From an uncultured Bacteroidales bacterium (lineage in GTDB: Bacteria; Bacteroidota; Bacteroidia; Bacteroidales; Paludibacteraceae): DNA of 55,389 nucleotides. Each line of letters starts with the position of its first letter. Position 1 is the first letter of the stretch. The stretch is taken from assembly GCA_902792835.1 (NCBI GenBank), contig CADBAZ010000004.1, positions 1 to 55,389 of the forward strand, read 5' to 3'. Positions 53,342 through 55,389 of this stretch are shown here, piece after piece. Below the pieces are notes generated by a model. The model did no database searches. It had not been told where the DNA came from and worked only from the letters and a program-made list of their open reading frames with translations. A program made the position numbers and the translations under genes.

Positions 53342-54701
53342 ATGAATAAGTTTAACGTAAAATTGCATATATTCGCACCGCTCACAGCCCTTGTGGTGCT
53401 GCTGATGTGGTTCGTACCGGCATCATTCTTCGGTATTGAGGGGCTGACAGTAGTTCAGCAGCGTACCATTGCCATCTTCTGCTACGCAGCCCTGATGTGG
53501 ATGTTCGAGATCATCCCGGCTTGGGCAACCTCGGTGACCACTATCGTATTTCTGCTGCTGGCTGTATCCAATAAGGGGCTGACCAACCCCGACATGGGTG
53601 CGCTCGTTAATTTCCGCGAACTGATGGCTTCGTTTGCCGACCCGATTATCATGCTCTTCTTGGGTGGTTTCGTACTCGCGATAGCCGCCAGCAAAGTAGG
53701 CTTGGATGTCGTTCTTGCGCGCGTGATGCTCAAGCCTTTCGGCACGAACCCCAAATGGGTATTGCTCGGTTTCCTGACGCTCATCAGCGTGATGTCGATG
53801 TTCATGAGTAATACCGCTACCGCAGCCATGATGCTTGCCTTCCTCGCACCTGTACTCCGTACCCTGCCTGTGGACGGCGGCGGACGCGTCAGCCTGGCTA
53901 TGGCTATTCCCATAGCCGCCAATATTGGCGGTTTAGGTACTCCTATCGGCACGCCTCCTAACGCTATCGCCATCGGTCAGCTCGCTTCGCTGGATATCAA
54001 CATCGGCTTCAGCGCATGGATGATCCGCATGGTGCCCGTAGTGATCATTATGATCCTTTTTGCATGGTGGCTGCTTATGTTCCTCTTCCCCTTCAAGGCG
54101 AAGGACGTGAAGATCGTCATCCAGCCGGATGAGCATCATCAGATCGGATGGGAGTTCTGGGTAGTAACGATCACCTTCATTGCAACGATCCTCCTCTGGA
54201 TGACCGGTGAGATCACTCACCTCAACTCCAACGTAGTCGCTCTCATCCCGTTTGGCGTCTTCGCCCTCGTAGGAATCTTCAAACGCGATGATTTTTCGAA
54301 GATCGACTGGCACGTGCTGTGGATGGTAGCCGGTGGTTTCGCTATCGGTACTGCCCTCAATAAGACCGGTTTGGCGGCAGCGTTGGTGGAATCTATCCCA
54401 TTCGGAAGTTGGTCAGTTATTGCCGTGTTGGTTATTTCCGAACTTACTTATACCGATTTTAGCGGTGGTAGGATCCGCAATGAGCGAGCAGTTGGCTGCT
54501 TTCGGTGGCGTAACGACCTTGCTCGTCTGCGTAGCCGCTTCCACTTCGTTCGCTATGTTGCTGCCTATCTCCACACCGCCCAATGCCATCGCTTGCTCGA
54601 CCGGTCTGATCAAGACCAACGATATGGCGAAAGTGGGTCTTATCATCGGTCTCGTAGGTATCGCGCTGGCATATGCAGTCATCATGGTATTCCCGTTCTA
54701 A
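53342..54701 (+). pseudogene. SLC13/DASS-family (divalent anion:Na+ symporter-like) permease interrupted by a 1-nt frameshift near 54440-54450
   Basis: Frame of ORF 53342..54727 is plausible up to ...SWSVIAVLVISEL, then turns to Arg-rich nonsense. Frame of ORF 54333..54701 supplies the expected C-terminus LIPILAVVGSAMSEQLAAFGGVTTLLVCVAASTSFAMLLPISTPPNAIA...VIMVFPF, mirroring the N-half motifs SNTATAAMML and GTPIGTPPNAIA. Confidence 0.7.
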
Positions 54702-54702
54702 T

Positions 54703-54786
54703 AAAGGTTAAAGGTTATGGGTTATAGGTTAAAGTCGATCATTATTTGTCTTTTGTCCATTGTCCTTTGTTCTTTGTCTATTCAGG
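54703..54786. repeat. Twelve consecutive in-register heptamers (AAAGGTT AAAGGTT ATGGGTT ATAGGTT AAAGTCG ATCATTA TTTGTCT TTTGTCC ATTGTCC TTTGTTC TTTGTCT ATTCAGG)
   Basis: Read directly. Spans the DASS stop region plus the start codon and signal peptide of the next gene. Confidence 0.85.
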
Positions 54787-55389
54787 CACAGGAAGTGAGC
54801 AAAGAAGCGAAGAAAGAGGCGGCTAAGAGTCATCTCAAGCAGCACTTCAAGCTCTACGGCTTCGTACGTAACTACTTTGCGTACGATAGCCGTGAGTCTA
54901 TCTCGGGTACTGCGGACATGTATAACTATCAGCCCAAGGATGAGAACTGGAATCAGACACCCGAACAGGCTGCTACTTCGGGCGTAGAGCGCGAAGACCT
55001 GAATGCTGTCAGCACGTTCCGATTCCTCTCGCTCACCACACGTTTGGGTGTGAATATTATGGACTACAAGTGGCGCGGCACGGAGTTTGGCGGCAAGATC
55101 GAAGCAGACTTCTATGCCGGTTTGTCAACCAAGGGCACCGGTACACACTCGCTTTCCGGCGTTGCACAACTGCGTCTGCGTCAAGCCTATCTGACCCTGG
55201 CGTGGGACAGCCTCGCTATCAACAATAATAAGGATTACGCGCGCGTAGAGCTCGCTATCGGTCAGACCTGGCACCCTATGGCTGCTGACCTGTGCGACGT
55301 TATCGCCCTCAACTCCGGCGCTCCGTTCGGGCCTTTCAATCGTTCACCGCAAGTGAAGTTAGATGCACGCCTTGGTAAGTACGTGACGC
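54717..55389 (+). CDS. Outer-membrane porin-like beta-barrel protein, 5' part (runs off the right edge)
   Basis: Hand translation, not in the track because there is no stop: MGYRLKSIIICLLSIVLCSLSIQAQEVSKEAKKEAAKSHLKQHFKLYGFVRNYFAYDSRES...LRLRQAYLTLAWD...IGQTWHPM. Signal peptide plus a porin-like strand pattern. Confidence 0.55.
   Translation, partial: MGYRLKSIIICLLSIVLCSLSIQAQEVSKEAKKEAAKSHLKQHFKLYGFVRNYFAYDSRESISGTADMYNYQPKDENWNQTPEQAATSGVEREDLNAVSTFRFLSLTTRLGVNIMDYKWRGTEFGGKIEADFYAGLSTKGTGTHSLSGVAQLRLRQAYLTLAWDSLAINNNKDYARVELAIGQTWHPMAADLCDVIALNSGAPFGPFNRSPQVKLDARLGKYVT

Noticed and set aside
13734-54786. Could the short tandem repeats be CRISPR arrays?
   Set aside because: The units are 7 nt with no spacers, not 24-48-nt repeats separated by unique spacers. 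No cas genes are present in the window.

Overview
This 55.4-kb window reads as a chromosomal segment of a Bacteroidota genome, probably Bacteroidales and Prevotellaceae-like. Supporting signs are many intergenic A/T-runs followed by TAnnTTTG -7 promoter boxes, no Shine-Dalgarno-type leaders, a PorX-type T9SS response regulator, a GldD-like lipoprotein and a GH57/GT4/GH133 glycogen cluster. I call about 45 protein genes, almost all housekeeping. They include upp, dprA, parC, a ClC channel, obg, adk, HU, a rhomboid protease, psuK/psuG and a Clp ATPase. They also include two glycogen loci, guanine deaminase, a PASTA-rluD-porX-EEP operon, mdh, potABCD, rpiB and a DASS transporter. I saw no rRNA, tRNA or CRISPR array. 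Two edge-truncated genes missing from the ORF track (1..1189 minus, 54717..55389 plus) and two sub-60-aa ORFs were found by hand translation. The only clearly accessory DNA is a mosaic island at about 27.8-33.0 kb. It holds a truncated AlbA_2-type gene, a visibly AT-rich two-gene cassette, a GNAT-hydrolase fusion, a 3'-truncated hypothetical gene, iteron-like repeats and a DUF3987 gene. No integrase or relaxase is present. I do not see a clean multi-gene novel defence system. The most unusual signals are four. (i) A dispersed family of in-register heptanucleotide (7-nt periodic) arrays in leaders, gene junctions and CDS linkers. (ii) A recurrent GCCAA-NN-TTGGC palindrome placed at gene boundaries. 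(iii) Iteron-like arrays next to the DUF3987 gene. (iv) A 20-bp perfect inverted repeat bracketing a structured promoter-bearing segment between mdh and a PKD lipoprotein gene. All functional calls rest on motif recognition from memory, not database searches. Non-ORF coordinates were hand counted. Between about 31.3 and 32.9 kb my reading of the printed sequence and the ORF track differ by 1 nt, so non-ORF coordinates there are +/-1.
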